25,237 nt of DNA from Galemys pyrenaicus (taxonomy: Eukaryota). Positions 1-12,098 of the stretch are shown one piece after another. The notes beneath the pieces are model-generated. The model did not search any database. It was not told the origin of the DNA and worked only from the letters and a program-made list of their open reading frames with translations. The DNA lies in contig JAGFMF010011380.1 in the NCBI GenBank assembly GCA_019455555.1, positions 15,102,053 to 15,127,289 on the forward strand, read 5' to 3'. Both the position numbers and the translations under genes were made by a program. Positions within the stretch are counted from its first letter, which is position 1. Every line of letters starts with the position of its first letter.

Positions 1-689
1 TGTTATTATTTATTATGCCACACACACATTGTTTGAACATGAGACTCACTAAACTTTCAATTTAAGAAAGACTAAGCTAAAATTCTAATGTAGCATCTGG
101 AAGAATGTTACATACTATACTGGGTGGTACAAAAATACAGTTATGGTCAGATCTATAAATGTATATTCTCCTGCTATATATTTCATTTAATAATACCCAG
201 AGGGAAAAAAGAGTCATCTTCTTGAACATACATGAAGTAATCATTTTTACTAAAAATAATCCAATCACAGTTGAAATCATGAATGTATTTTTACAGTGCT
301 GTTGACTCAATTTTCTGAAAAGCTATCACCTATCATCCTCTCATATTTTAGTACTACTACATTATTACAATTTTTGGACTGCCTACACTTATACAGATAT
401 TGATCTCATTCCATCTGAAAAAGCTGAAACCTGGAAAAGTTATATATATTTGTTCAAGATTGGAAAGCCTAGTAAGTGACATTGACACACTAAAGTCTCT
501 GGTTCTAAAGCTGTGTCTTCTGTTAATAATACCAATTCCCATTTTATTTTATGTTCTTGACATCTTAAATTGGCTTAGTGGGTTTTAGTGTTGGATATCT
601 TGAGATGGATGAGCTCTACTTAGGTGTGTTAATGAAATAACATGTAATTTTGAGATAATTTAACTTCACTTAGCAACCTGGTTTTCATT

Positions 690-780
690 TGTGCAAAATA
701 AACTAAGTATATATATATAAAATATATATATTTTATCTCATATATACTTTATATATATAATGTTTATATATATATGAGGT
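690..780. repeat. AT-rich (TA)n-like simple repeat
   Basis: It reads tatatatatataaaatatatatattttatctcatatatactttatatatataatgtttatatatatatg. Confidence 0.9.
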
Positions 781-877
781 AAAATAGTTACCAAGTATGA
801 ATATAAATTCCACTGAAAATATAATGTTTGAATTCAACCAATATGCTATACGACAAAATTCAAGAGAATTGTCTTAC

Positions 878-1034
878 CTTCAACCTCTGAAAAACTTGAA
901 GACTCGGGCCTGTCTTCTTCTAATTCAGTATTATTACAAGGATGAAAGCCCTTTATTTCATCTCCAGGTACACAAAATTTAACTATATATTTCATTTTGA
1001 CTTGATTGGTTTTATATACAACAAACTCATCATC
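878..1034 (-). CDS. PARP4: PARP4 coding exon, the most 3' one in this window (post-catalytic region)
   Basis: The minus-strand translation is DDEFVVYKTNQVKMKYIVKFCVPGDEIKGFHPCNNTELEEDRPESSSFSEVE. It matches human PARP4 ...DDEFVVYKTNQVKMKYIIKFSMPGDQIKDFHPSDHTELEEYRPEFSNFSKVED. The acceptor reads tttgctctag|GAT (plus-strand ct at 1035-1036). The donor reads GAAG|gtaagaca (plus-strand cttac at 873-877). The exon is 157 nt: 52 codons plus 1 nt. It carries the catalytic-glutamate motif EFVVY. Confidence 0.88.
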
Positions 1035-1226
1035 CTAGAGCAAACAGAAATTAATAGGTGGAAAAAAAACCTCTTTACTGGCAAATGTTTTCATAAAAAT
1101 AGAATTTCATGTTTGCTAATTTAGAAAGTACTGAATTCAGAAAGTATATACATAGTGATTATTTAAATTAAATAATAATATTTAATAAAAACAGGAGTCT
1201 CTTTGCCTGTTTCTTGACATTAATAC

Positions 1227-1410
1227 CTCAAAGTCTGTGGGGACTATGGCTTTTCTTCGAATCCCATGCACACTGTCATAACCCAGTGGTGCTTCTTTCA
1301 AGGAGAAGTCTTTCTTGTGTAATTTCATGCAATTCCCGAGGCTTACATCACTGATCACCAAAAGTCTACTGCCATCTATCTCTCCTGGGTGTGAGTACTT
1401 AATACTTGCA
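1227..1410 (-). CDS. PARP4: PARP4 coding exon (catalytic domain)
   Basis: The translation is (S)ASIKYSHPGEIDGSRLLVISDVSLGNCMKLHKKDFSLKEAPLGYDSVHGIRRKAIVPTDFE. The human sequence is STSIKYSHPGETDGTRLLLICDVALGKCMDLHEKDFSLTEAPPGYDSVHGV...TDFE. The acceptor is tttcacatgcag|T, and the donor is GAG|gtattaat. The exon is 184 nt. Its first base completes the AG left by the upstream exon to give AGT, Ser. Confidence 0.88.
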
Positions 1411-1849
1411 CTGCATGTGAAAGAAAATAAACAAACATTTATAATTTATAGTTACATGGCAATATGATTTCATTACATACAGGAAATATTGTACAAAAGA
1501 TTTTGTGGGTGGACTGTTCTGTGATTTGCTGTTACTGAAATATATCTGAAGATTCAATTTAGAAATTATTCATCTATTTATTTAAAATTTTATATAACAA
1601 CACTAGACAGTTGACCTTTGAAAAACACAGGGATTATGAGTGCTCACTCCCCAAGCAGTTCAAAATCTTTATAAACTCTTGACTCCCCCAAAACTTTACT
1701 ATATAATCTGCTGTTGTCCAGAGATGTGTTGATAACATAAACAGTCAATTAACACATATTTTATACATCATATATATTACATATTGTATTCTTTCAATGA
1801 AGTAAGCTAGAGAAAAGAAAATATCATAAAGAAAATCTTAAGATTTCAC

Positions 1850-3140
1850 ATATACCACAAAGCTATAGTAATCAAAACAGTATGGTTATTGCAATAAGAA
1901 GAGCCACATGGATGAATGAAATAGAATTAACAGTTCAGAAATAAATCCAGTTTACCACGGAGAAAGAAAAGTCTCTTCAACAACTGGCGTTGGGAAAATT
2001 GGACAGTCAAATACAAAAAACTTAAATTAGACCACTCTCACACCATACACAAAAAATTAACTCAAAATGTATTGAAGAATTGGATGTAAGGCAGGAAATC
2101 ACAGAAGAAATCATGTTTTTGGGAACTTGATTCAAAAGGCAAGAGAAACAAAAGCAAAAATAAATAAATGGGACATCAAAATTTAAAAAGCTTCTGCATG
2201 ACAAAAGAAACTATCATTAAAATAGAGATACTATGCCAAACGGGAAAAAAATTTTGCACATCATTCATCTAACAAGGGATAATATCTACAAAGCATTCAT
2301 AAAACTCAATAAAGGGAATCAATCAAGCAATTAATCAATAAAAGGGATAATATCACCCAATCAAAAAATGGGCAGAAGAGCTAAAGACATTTCTGCAAAG
2401 AAGTCATGCAGATGGCCAACAGGCACATGAAAATTGCTCACTATCACTTAACATCAGGGAAACACAAATCAAAACCCCAATGAGATACCACCAAAAAAAA
2501 CAGAAATAAGTGCTGGTGAAGGTGTGGAGAGAAAGGTCTACACTGTGTAGACTAGTCCAGTCCCTGTGGAAAACAGTATGAAGGTGCCTCAAAATACTAA
2601 AAATGTACTTATCTACCACACAATCCAATAATTTCACTCTGTAGTATCTAGGCAAAGAATAGAAAAACACTAATCTGAAGGGATTTATGCACTCCTAAGA
2701 TCATTGTAGCACTACTTATAACAGCCAAGTTACGGAAACAATCCATGTGCCCAACAAACGATGAATAAATGAAGAAGATATTGTATATAACACAAAGGAA
2801 TCCTACTCAGCTATAAAAAACAAAATGTAACCTTGCCTTTTGCCACAACATGGATAAAAGTGAAGGGGTTTATGCTGAGTGAAATATATAAGGAGATAAA
2901 TACTGGACTATTTTGCTCATATGTTGAATATAAATAAATACACAAAGAACAATCAAAAGCAAACCAATGCAAACTTCGGAAAGCTCACTATACAACTGAA
3001 GCTACTAGAGGGGGATTGTGGAGGTGAAGAAGAAAGAGGGGAAGGTACCTATGGACTATGGTGAAGATTACAGGTGTTGAGGTATGAACCTATTTCCTTA
3101 AAGCATATATTTTGCTCTAAGTTGTTATTTCAATAAAAAA
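1850..3140 (+). mobile_element. LINE-1 3' fragment (ORF2 C-terminal remnant and 3' UTR)
   Basis: It shows typical L1 ORF2-end and 3'-UTR strings. These include gataatatcacccaatcaaaaaatgggcagaagagctaaagacatttctgcaaagaagtcatgcagatggccaacaggcacatgaaaattgctcactatcacttaacatcagggaaacacaaatcaaaaccccaatgagataccac and ...caaaggaatcctactcagctataaaaaacaaaatgtaaccttgccttttgccacaacatggataaaagtgaagg... It ends in ttcaataaaaaaatgc. Confidence 0.85.
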
Positions 3141-4917
3141 ATGCTACAACTAAAAAACAAGTTGAATATTTAAAAAAGCAAGTTGTGAGAAAGATAAAAT
3201 TCATTTACAGTAATACAATGCACTTATCAATACCATAAGTTTATGCCATCTATTTATAAGAATATTCAAGTATAAATGGACCCATGCAGTTCAAAACCAT
3301 GTTGTTGCTAAGAGTTCACTGCATCACCCTTCTATTGTGCTAAATAGTGCTCAAAGTATTTTGCTCCCAGAAAGGAAGGAATTTTCCCTTCTTAATAACA
3401 AAAATATATACACACACTGTTATAGTAAATACCAGAGAGGGGAAAAAGAAAGAAAGAAAAAAAAAACCCACTCACCTAATTAGGAAAAAGTACTGAATAG
3501 ATTTAATTTTTGGCACTAAAGTTCAGAAAGAACATCAAATACTCAAATACCAAGTAAGAAAGAACTGGTCAAAGGGAATGACAACTACTGTAGTCTTATG
3601 AAGCCTTCCAAATCCAAAAGGAAAGACACAAATTTCCAATGACACTCAAATGAGAGATTTAGTTTCAGATTTTGGCAGGGATCAGCAGCTTCAATAATCA
3701 ACTTGCTTTTAGGAATATATCACAAGACAGCTTTGGAAGCAACATTTTTGGAACATGTATCTTTTTTTCTAAGATCCAGACCAAAATAAAAGTGTTTGCC
3801 AACTCTTCCTTCTTTCCTCCCTATTCCTGTTTTTCTACCTATTTCTACGTTTTCCTATCCTATGTTCCCTTTCTGTGAGTTCTTTCCCTGTAACTTACAA
3901 ACATCTTTCACGCCTTCCCATCAAGTCTCTATCCTTCAATTTTGCTCTTCGGCTTTCTCATTCTACATCTCACCACACTGCCCACAGAGCTCAATGATTC
4001 CCTGACACATTCTTGAAACTACTGGCAAAAGAACTTCAATTTGGTTAAATTCAACTGAATTAAATTAAATAAAAAAATCAGAATGCTTAAAATTTTTTAT
4101 TTTGAAATAGTTTGTGCATAGGAAAAAGCAATTACAATTTTTAAGTTTGAATAATAATAAGACAAACACCCACATAGGTACTACCTACTTTAAGAAATAG
4201 AAGACGATCAATATTTCTATTTTGTTTCATCACAACACCTTCTTTGCCATCCAGAAGTAATCTAATGACTATCTTGATTTTTGTGCACATTATTTTCTTT
4301 CTTTTATAATAGTATTGACACATGGGTACGTGTCCTTCAACATTATAATGTTTAGTTTTACTTATTTTTGAACTTTGCACATTGAGAAAGACAAATAGTA
4401 AATTTTGCCCCATGCTATGTTCCTTAGGCCCACCCATTTGACATACGTAGCTTTTGGGTATTGTTTAAACTGCCACACAGGACTCCCTGTAGTACTACAC
4501 CAAAATGTATTGGTTATTCCTCTGCCAATGGACATTTGCATCATTCACAGTGTTCTTTTTACTAGTGTTCTCAGCCAGTCCTGTACATGGTTTATCTACA
4601 GCTAGAGTTTTTCTAAGGCCAGTGATTCTCGATCTCTCAATAGTGTATTATAATCATCCAGAGAGCCTAAAAATTATAGATAACTAAGCCTCACCCCTAT
4701 ATTTAATTGGTTTGGAGTGATATCAACACTGGTAGTGTTTAAAACTGCCCCAGATAATTAAAATGTGCAGTCTGTCGATACAACGGAAGGAGTCTGGTTG
4801 GGCACCCCCAAGTGTCCCAGAAGCTCCTCATGAACAGGGCAGTTCACCATAGCCAAGTTGGTGGGTGGTTTCACTTTCTTCCTCTTTGCCTTTTCCACAG
4901 CAAATAGAAGAAAAATA

Positions 4918-5178
4918 GGGCCTCCCTGGTGGCGTAAGGGGTTAAGCACCGCAGTATGAAGCATCCACAGCCACTGCAGCAAGAGTTCGATCCCTGGCCA
5001 GGGAGGTGACCCACATGGCGCAGCAGACCTCTCCTTCCTTGCCCACTGCTCCCCTCAGCAGTGTATTTCAGTCAGTATGCCTTTTCTGCTTCCCACTGTG
5101 TCTCTGGTGAATCCTCTTACCTCCATACCTCTGACCTGTACCCCGGTTCTTGTATGCATAAATAAATCTTTTTTAAAA
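4918..5178 (+). mobile_element. tRNA-derived SINE, copy 1, family not named
   Basis: The 5' end is GGGCCTCCCTGGTGGCG with an A-box-like TGGCG..GGGTTAAGC. A B-box-like GAGTTCGATCCCTGG follows. The conserved body contains CTCCCCTCAGCAGTGTATTTCAG and GGTGAATCCTC. The tail is TGCATAAATAAATCTTTTTTAAAAA. It is flanked by an A-rich direct repeat agaagaaaaata at about 4903-4916 and 5179-5190. Confidence 0.85.
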
Positions 5179-6098
5179 AGAAGAAAAATAAAGAAAATAA
5201 AACACTATGCAGCCAAGACTGAAAACCACCACCGCTTGCTAGTTCACAGACAATATATTAATCACAGGACTCCTAAATCCCACTATCAACTATGCTCTTC
5301 AACTATATCAGATGATTTGCATGTTCTTAATTACTAATCTTTTCAAATGGTATTGTCCATACATGTTTCCCCTTCTATTAGGTTCCTATTCATGTCTTTT
5401 CCCACTTGATTATGTCCTAGGCCTGGACCAAGGGTGACATCTAGATGTAACTTACATCTAGATCTAGATCTGAGACCTTACCCAAGTTACTTAGCTTCCA
5501 CGAGACTGTTTCTTTTCACAAAATGAAATTGTAAGGTTTACCAACTGCAAGGTTTACAGACAACATACTTAGCCTGGCCAGGCCATGTAATCAATAGTTC
5601 GTGAAGAGAAGTTTTAATATTAATGAGGATATTAAAGATACTAGTCTAGACATATAGAGTTACACACACAAGCATGTGTATAATTATAAATGTGTACATT
5701 TATTTATAACTACATATGTATGTACATATAATAAATTGTTTTGAATGGATATGGAAAAGGACAAGTAACTGTGTGACACTATATATTCACTGTCTTTTGG
5801 TGTTATATGTGATATGAGAAAACAGGACTGATCTCAGGAGGTTGTTGTAAGGATTTAGTAAGTACATGTAAAAAAGCTCCTAAGATAGAAAAATAACTTA
5901 AATGATTTCAAATATAATTTTCCCAAATGTCCACCACAAAAGACAAGCTTTTATAGTAGAATCACCAAACTGCTTTCAATGATCTGTTTCTTGGGTGAGA
6001 AATCACTCACTAAGCAAAAACAGGAAAACACAAAGTTCTCAATAATGATTCCTGGGGTTTGGGTGTTAGTAACATGAATAAGAAGATAACATACAAAC

Positions 6099-6194
6099 CT
6101 GACTGAGTCACTGAAATATATTCCACTCCCAAGATTTCCAATGTCTGTTCTTTCCACACCACGATCTTCAACTGTTTTGGGTAAAAGCAACCCA
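6099..6194 (-). CDS. PARP4: PARP4 coding exon (catalytic domain, GSGIYFSDS motif)
   Basis: The translation is (R)GLLLPKTVEDRGVERTDIGNLGSGIYFSDSV. The human sequence is RGLLLPKVVEDRGVQRTDVGNLGSGIYFSDSL. The acceptor is ctatttctttttag|TGG. The donor is TCAG|gtttgtat, which is non-consensus at +3 to +6. The exon is 96 nt. Confidence 0.85.
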
Positions 6195-6811
6195 CTAAAA
6201 AGAAATAGCCATTATAATCATTTGCTAGGGAAAAAGGACTCATATTACAGCCTCATAATTTTAACAGAGACAGGTGCCATTTCAGGACATTAAGCTACAT
6301 GAAAAAAGCTAGATACTGAAGGACAAACACTATGAACTAACTAACACGTAGAATCTAAAAAAGTCAAATTCAGACAATCAAGAGTAAAAAGGTGGTTTCT
6401 ATGAGCTGAAGAGATGTTGGTCAAATGGTAGAAATTTTCAGTTATAAGATAAATAAGCTCTGGAGATCTAATAAACAACATGTTGATTACAGTCACTAAT
6501 ACTTTATCTTATATTTGAAATTTGCTAAGAGAATAAATTTTGTAGTCTCACCACAAGAGAAAGGAGTGTAACTCTTTGCAGTGGTGAATGTGTACATTGT
6601 GATCATTTCACAATGTATCAAATCACATGTTTAAAAATATCAGTTTTACAATCAAAATATATACAATTTTTGTCAGTCATATCTCAATGAAGCTGCAGAA
6701 AATAAATATACTAACTAAAAGATAATAAATAGTATGAAGTGAAAAGAAAAAGTGAATTTCAAAGTAATGCACAGAAGGAGTTCCAGGTGCCATTAAAACT
6801 TACTAAGTACT

Positions 6812-7102
6812 GGGCCTCCCTGGTGGCACAGTGGGTTAAGCAACACACTATGAAGCAAACCTATGAAGCAAACCGCAGCCACTGCAGCATGAGTTCGATC
6901 CCTGCTGCCGGCCAGGGAGGGGACCCACATGGCACAACAGACCTCTCCTGTTGTGCCCGCTGCTCCCCTCAGCAGTGTACTTCAGTTGATCTGCCTGTTC
7001 TGCTCCCCGCTCTCTGTGGTGAATCCTCTCACCCACCCCCACACCTCTGACCTGTACCCCAGTGCTTGTATGCATAAATAAATAAATCTTAAAAAAAAAA
7101 AA
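6812..7102 (+). mobile_element. tRNA-derived SINE, copy 2, same family
   Basis: The 5' end is GGGCCTCCCTGGTGGCACAGTGGGTTAAGC. The 3' end is ...TGTATGCATAAATAAATAAATCTT(A)12. It is flanked by a perfect 14-15 bp target-site duplication acttactaagtact at 6797-6811 and 7105-7119. Confidence 0.92.
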
Positions 7103-8459
7103 CCAACTTACTAAGTACTAAATGTACTAGATAGCAGGTTTCTCATCACTGTCTTGACCCGCTGTGGGCAGTCAGTCAATTTCCCTGGCTCAAGGCTCTG
7201 CCTTCTTTACACAGAGGCCACTGTGTCCAGAGGAACAATCTCTAAGCTCAATACTGTCTGCATTTCTCTCCTGCTCAAAAACTTATGCAAGTTCCACTGG
7301 ACTTCAGCATTGAAAGACTCTCTGCCAGCAGAGTTAAACATGGTTATCTGTAGGAAGGCGGTAAAGGGAGACTTCTGTATTTGTTATACAAACATATACT
7401 GTTTGAATTTCATGGTATGAGATGAAATTAATTTTGTGTGTTGGCTTTGGGTTTTAGTTCCTCTTAGAAATGCCATTCCTAGTCACACATTATTTTTAAA
7501 AACTTCTTTCATTTTCATTGAGTATCTTTACATTTTTATTTTAATATTTATAAATCTCTGTTGCATGTAGAGTTTATCTAAGTGTGAAGAAGGGCTCCAT
7601 TTTATATTTTTCCAGACTTACCCAATATATAATATTAAAGAAATTATCTTTCATCATATGTTCAAATTTTGTATTTATTTGTGGAGTCTGTGGATTCACC
7701 TATTTATACACTATCTCACTGTTTTAACTAATTAAGCTAGATAAATTTCTTTATACTCAACTGGTGAGCCCTCCCTCATTAGTCTTGTATTCAGAATTAC
7801 TCGAATGTCAGGTGTTAAAAAAAAATTGTGCCATAGGATCAGCTTTTTATTTCTTAAAAACAATTTTTCTTGTACTTTTATTATGATAACACCAACATTG
7901 TAGATCAATTCCAGGAAAACGGGCATCCTTATGATTAGTACAAGTGTCTTTATATCCCTCACCAGCAGTTTAAAGTTTTTTCCAGCTGGATCTTTAAAGT
8001 TTCTTCTTAGGATTTAATTAAGATCCAATTTAACCATATTTCCCCTGCTCCTTAAAACTTTAATTTTAGTCTTAATATTAAGTGGCCTTTCAAAGCAAAC
8101 AGAGATTTAAACAGAGGAATCAACATAACTGGTCACTCTAATTTCTAGATTTTCCCCTAACTACTGAACTATCTTTAAATTAAAGACACATAAAGAGCCA
8201 TGAAATAGATAATATGATATTGTCTTTTAGAAGCAATTCTTATGCATGCATGACACTTCAAAGTACAGATAATGAGTATATTAAAATTATATACCTAATT
8301 ATAATTTAAAGAGCTCAGTTATCTCTGGAACTACATGAGCTAGCTGATTTTAACAGGGAGATTTATGTTGTATAGTAAAAAAAGAAAGAAAGATAAGGGT
8401 GAAACACTTCACATTTGTGAGGTGAAAAAATTTGGAAAACAAAGATAGCATACTCTTAC

Positions 8460-8597
8460 CGGGATAGGATTCCTACAAAGCTTCGTACAGGAGATCCATG
8501 CAATAAGGACTTTATATTGCCAAGCTGGCTCAAAAACTCTATGGTTTCATTTACTCGTCCAACTCTAAATATCTGCAGGATGTCCACTGGAGTTTTA
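8460..8597 (-). CDS. PARP4: PARP4 coding exon (catalytic domain, H-G-S motif)
   Basis: The translation is (S)KTPVDILQIFRVGRVNETIEFLSQLGNIKSLLHGSPVRSFVGILS(R). The human sequence is KSPVDVLQIFRVGRVNETTEFLSKLGNVRPLLHGSPVQNIVGILCR. The acceptor is aatgattacag|T, and the donor is CCCG|gtaagagt. The exon is 138 nt. Confidence 0.9.
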
Positions 8598-9001
8598 CTG
8601 TAATCATTAGAAGAAAAACCTTGAGATTTCATACTTAAAAGCAAAATTTTAAGAATTATGATTGGCAGCAGAAAACATGAAACAGCCCAAATGTCTATTA
8701 TTAGGGAACTGAGTCAATAAATCACACAAAACAACATATCTTAAAATATTACACAGAAAAAAAATATTACACAGAAATTTAAAAAATCACTGCAAAAATA
8801 AATAAGGATATGAAGTAAAACTTAAAATGTAAATTTTAAAAGTAGGTTACAAAATTTAATGCACAGTATGATTCCAAATTTTGTCAGATACAGAATATAT
8901 TCATGGAGAGAGAAAGATAAAAATCAGTAAGTTAATACCTGATTTTAAGTCCTACTAAGGAAACCAGGTTCAGAAAGAGAATAGTCGAGAAAGGCCTTTC
9001 T

Positions 9002-9276
9002 GGGGCCTCCCTGGTGGTGCAGTGGGTTAAGCAACACACTGTGAAGCAGACCACAGCCACTGCAGCACAAGTTTGATCCCTGCCCCGGTCAGGGAGGGGA
9101 CCCACAAGGTGTAGCAGATCTCTCCTGCCTCGCCCACTGCTCCCCTCAGCAGTGTATTTCAGTCAGTCTGCCTGTTCTGCTCCCACTGTGTCTCTGGTGA
9201 ATCCTCACCACCCTGGACTCTGGCCTGTACCCCAACTCTTATGTGCATAAATAAATTAATTAATTAAAAAAAAAAA
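9002..9276 (+). mobile_element. tRNA-derived SINE, copy 3, same family
   Basis: The 5' end is GGGGCCTCCCTGGTGGTGCAGTGGGTTAAGC. The tail is ...GTGCATAAATAAATTAATTAATT(A)11. It is flanked by the target-site duplication gaaaggcctttc at 8988-9000 and 9277-9288. Confidence 0.92.
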
Positions 9277-10539
9277 GAAAGGCCTTTCTTTGGAAGTGAC
9301 ATTCATTGGACCTGATGGTCTACAACATATATTTTAAGGTATGTTTAACTGGAAAATTAACTGGGTGGGGCAAAAATGGGAAGAAATCAGAATGGATGTT
9401 GCTGGGTTGGGTATGGAGATAGTATCTGGACTCAAAACTGCAGCAGGGTAAGCAAGATATTGGAGAACATATTTCGGCAGAACTGGGAGCGTGTGGTAAT
9501 GTAGCGATGAAAGAATTGACAGTGTTCCTGGTTAAGATAGGAAAGCATGGAAAATATTGGGGACTACTGGCAGAGATAGAGTTACAGGTATAGAGGAATT
9601 ATGAGCACCTACTAAGTACATCTTCTCAATTCCACGTTCAGTGGAATCCTTTTGGTAGCTTGAAATGAGCTAAGGTGAGAGTATTTATACCACAGAAAAC
9701 AGCAAAAATTATAGTTCAGAGTTTGCTGACCAGTGTATCATTGGCTGTGGAGAATAAACAATTCAATTTTGAATATGTTCTATATCAAAATGTTAACGTT
9801 AGTTAAATTATTTCTGGGATATCTTTGGGTGGTGATTTTTAATTTGAGGTGATATTTAATTTTCTTCATGTTTTTAAACTTTTAGCAAAGAACATGAATT
9901 TCATACTAGGAAAAAATTAATGTGAAAAAATAATTACTAGTGAAATAAAATGGAGAAAATCTAATTTTCACCACAGCATAATCTTGGCCCTGGGAGAGGC
10001 CTGCTTTTGTTGCAGGAATACTTTGATACATAAAGTGGTAGTGGGGGTGAGGTTTCCAAAGGCCTGCTGAGTTACACTAGCTGCCTGAACAGCAGGCTTG
10101 AATCTCTAGCTGTTTCCTCCATCACCATCTCTGGAGAAAGCTAATTACTTCCTTCCTTCACTACTACTAGTCTCTTCATTAGTATTAGAATCTAGCAGTA
10201 CCTAGGGGAGGATCAAAATTTAATCAAAAGAAATAAAAATAATTTGATCATATATAAAATCAAGATCTTCCAAAGAATCAGGAATGGATTTTTATTGAAG
10301 CAAAATTTACGTATCACAAAATTAACTACTTTGAAGTATACAGAATGGTATTTAGTACATCCAAAATGCTGTGCCACCCCTTTCTACTTCCAAAGCATTT
10401 CATCATCCAAAAAGAAAAACCATATCCATTTAGCAGCCAGACTCCATCTTCTCTCCATGGATTTATCTATTCCACATATTTCATATAAATGAAATCATAA
10501 AGTAGATGGTCTTTTGTGTCTGGCTTCTTCCACTTAGCA

Positions 10540-10790
10540 AACTGTTTTTAGGGCTCCCTATGTAGTGTCAGTATCTCCTTCTTTCTTATGGCTGAATAAT
10601 ATTCCATTAAATGCATATACCATATTTCGTTGGTTAATTTATTCATTGATAGATATTTGGGTTGTCTGCACTTTTTGGCTATTGTGAATTATGCTGCTAT
10701 GAACATTCACGCTCAAGAATTGTTTGAGTACTTGTTTTTGGTTCCTTTGGTTATACAGTCAGAAATGGAACTGCTGCAGCATATGATAAC
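10540..10790. mobile_element. Probable L1-derived interspersed repeat fragment
   Basis: The block ...ttatggctgaataatattccattaaatgcatataccatatttcgttggttaatttattcattgatagatatttgggttgtctgcactttttggctattgtgaattatgctgctatgaacattcacgctcaag... is a motif I recognise as a widely dispersed mammalian LINE-associated repeat. I cannot assign its subfamily or orientation from memory. Confidence 0.45.
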
Positions 10791-11419
10791 TATTTAATTT
10801 GCTGCAGAACAGCCAAACAGTAGCTGTGCCATTTCATGTTTTCCACAAACACTGTGGGAAGACTCTAATTTCTCTGCATCCTATCAACTTATAGTTTTCC
10901 TTTTTAAAAAAAAATAGTCACCTTAGTGGTTGTGAGGCAATACTAAGATTGTGGAACGCATATTAGCATAACAGGAATACACAGTCACTATGGAAACAAA
11001 TGTCACTGACATTTAGAGGAAACTTATCTCTTGACATGTTTTCTACTTGGTGTTTTTATGCCATGAAATGGGCATTCAATAAGCTGCCACATACCCACTC
11101 CTGCGTTCTAAGATCTTAAGAGAATTTTCCTACAAGTTATCTTCAGAACACAAAATCAAGAGTCATTTTGTTTCAAAAAATCTTACAATCAGCAAGATTA
11201 AGTAATCTTGAAATCAGAGTGGAACAGTAAATAAAGAGTGTTTTCCAGCATGGAATACAATCCCAAACTCAATTATAAACACAAAAGAAATTTATCACAA
11301 TGATGTAATTATCTTGTTATTTAGGATTAAGTTATCTAGGCAATTGTGGAGAGTAGCTCTTTAACAGAATCTGCAACAGCATTTTATAAAAACGGATCCT
11401 AACATTTTTTTTTGCTTAC

Positions 11420-11580
11420 CTGTGATTATTCTGCAATACTTCTTCTCTAACCTTGAAAAATTCTTCTGTGTTCTGTTCAACATGCTCAATTTTGCATCTT
11501 AAAGCATGGTATTTGGCAAGAGATGGTGGGTTGGGTTTGGACAAATTCGTTTCAAACACATTAACCATGTCTCTTATTAG
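11420..11580 (-). CDS. PARP4: PARP4 coding exon (PARP regulatory/helical region)
   Basis: The translation is LIRDMVNVFETNLSKPNPPSLAKYHALRCKIEHVEQNTEEFFKVREEVLQNNH(S). The human sequence is LIRDMVNVCETNLSKPNPPSLAKYRALRCKIEHVEQNTEEFLRVRKEVLQNHHS. The acceptor is tttccatttacag|CTA, and the donor is CACAG|gtaagcaa. The exon is 161 nt. Confidence 0.9.
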
Positions 11581-11824
11581 CTGTAAATGGAAATGACATA
11601 GATGTAAGTTTCACCATATACCAAAATATTTATATCACATCACACTTCCTCAGGAAGTTTGGAAAAATAAGCTTTTTTCCTCAAAGACTGAGTAATACCT
11701 ACCAATACTGTAATTAAAGTAATATCTACCAATACTATTAGTGGAGAATTAATGTTGTCCAGCAATGGACAACATATGATAACAATAATAATGTACAGCA
11801 ACTCACTGTTAATAAAGTGGTTTC

Positions 11825-12098
11825 TTTTTTTTTTAAGATTTATTTATTTATGCATACAAGCACTGGGGTACAGGCCAGAATTGTGGGGGGTGAGAGGATC
11901 CACCAGAGACAGTGGGGAGCAGAACAAGCAGATCTACTGAAATACACTGCTGAGCGGAGCAGCGGGTGCAGCAGGAGAGGTCTGCCGCACCATGTGGATC
12001 CCCTCCTTGGCCGGAGGCAGGGATCAAACTTGTGTTGCAGTGGCTGTGGTTTGCTTCATAGCATGTTGCTTAACCCATTGCGCCACTAGGGAGGCCCC
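11825..12098 (-). mobile_element. tRNA-derived SINE, copy 4, same family, reverse orientation
   Basis: It is the reverse complement of the family sequence. It starts with poly-T at 11825-11834, then aagatttatttatttatgcatacaag. It ends ...taacccattgcgccactagggaggcccc. The target-site duplication taaagtggtttc sits at 11813-11824 and 12099-12110. Confidence 0.92.

Noticed and set aside
4758-4982. A 74-aa minus-strand ORF
   Set aside because: It overlaps the 5' end of SINE copy 1 and adjacent intron. It has no splice-consistent link to the flanking PARP4 exons and no homology.
6739-7075. A set of mutually similar ORFs of about 75-105 aa, in the track at 6739-7050, 6848-7075, 11817-12089, 13823-14104 and 17744-17956
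   Set aside because: All sit inside copies of the same SINE. Their similarity reflects repeat copies, not a paralogous gene family. They have no coding support.
8745-8780. A direct duplication of aaaatattacacagaaa
   Set aside because: A 17-bp tandem duplication in an A-rich intron fits replication slippage. It has no further structure.
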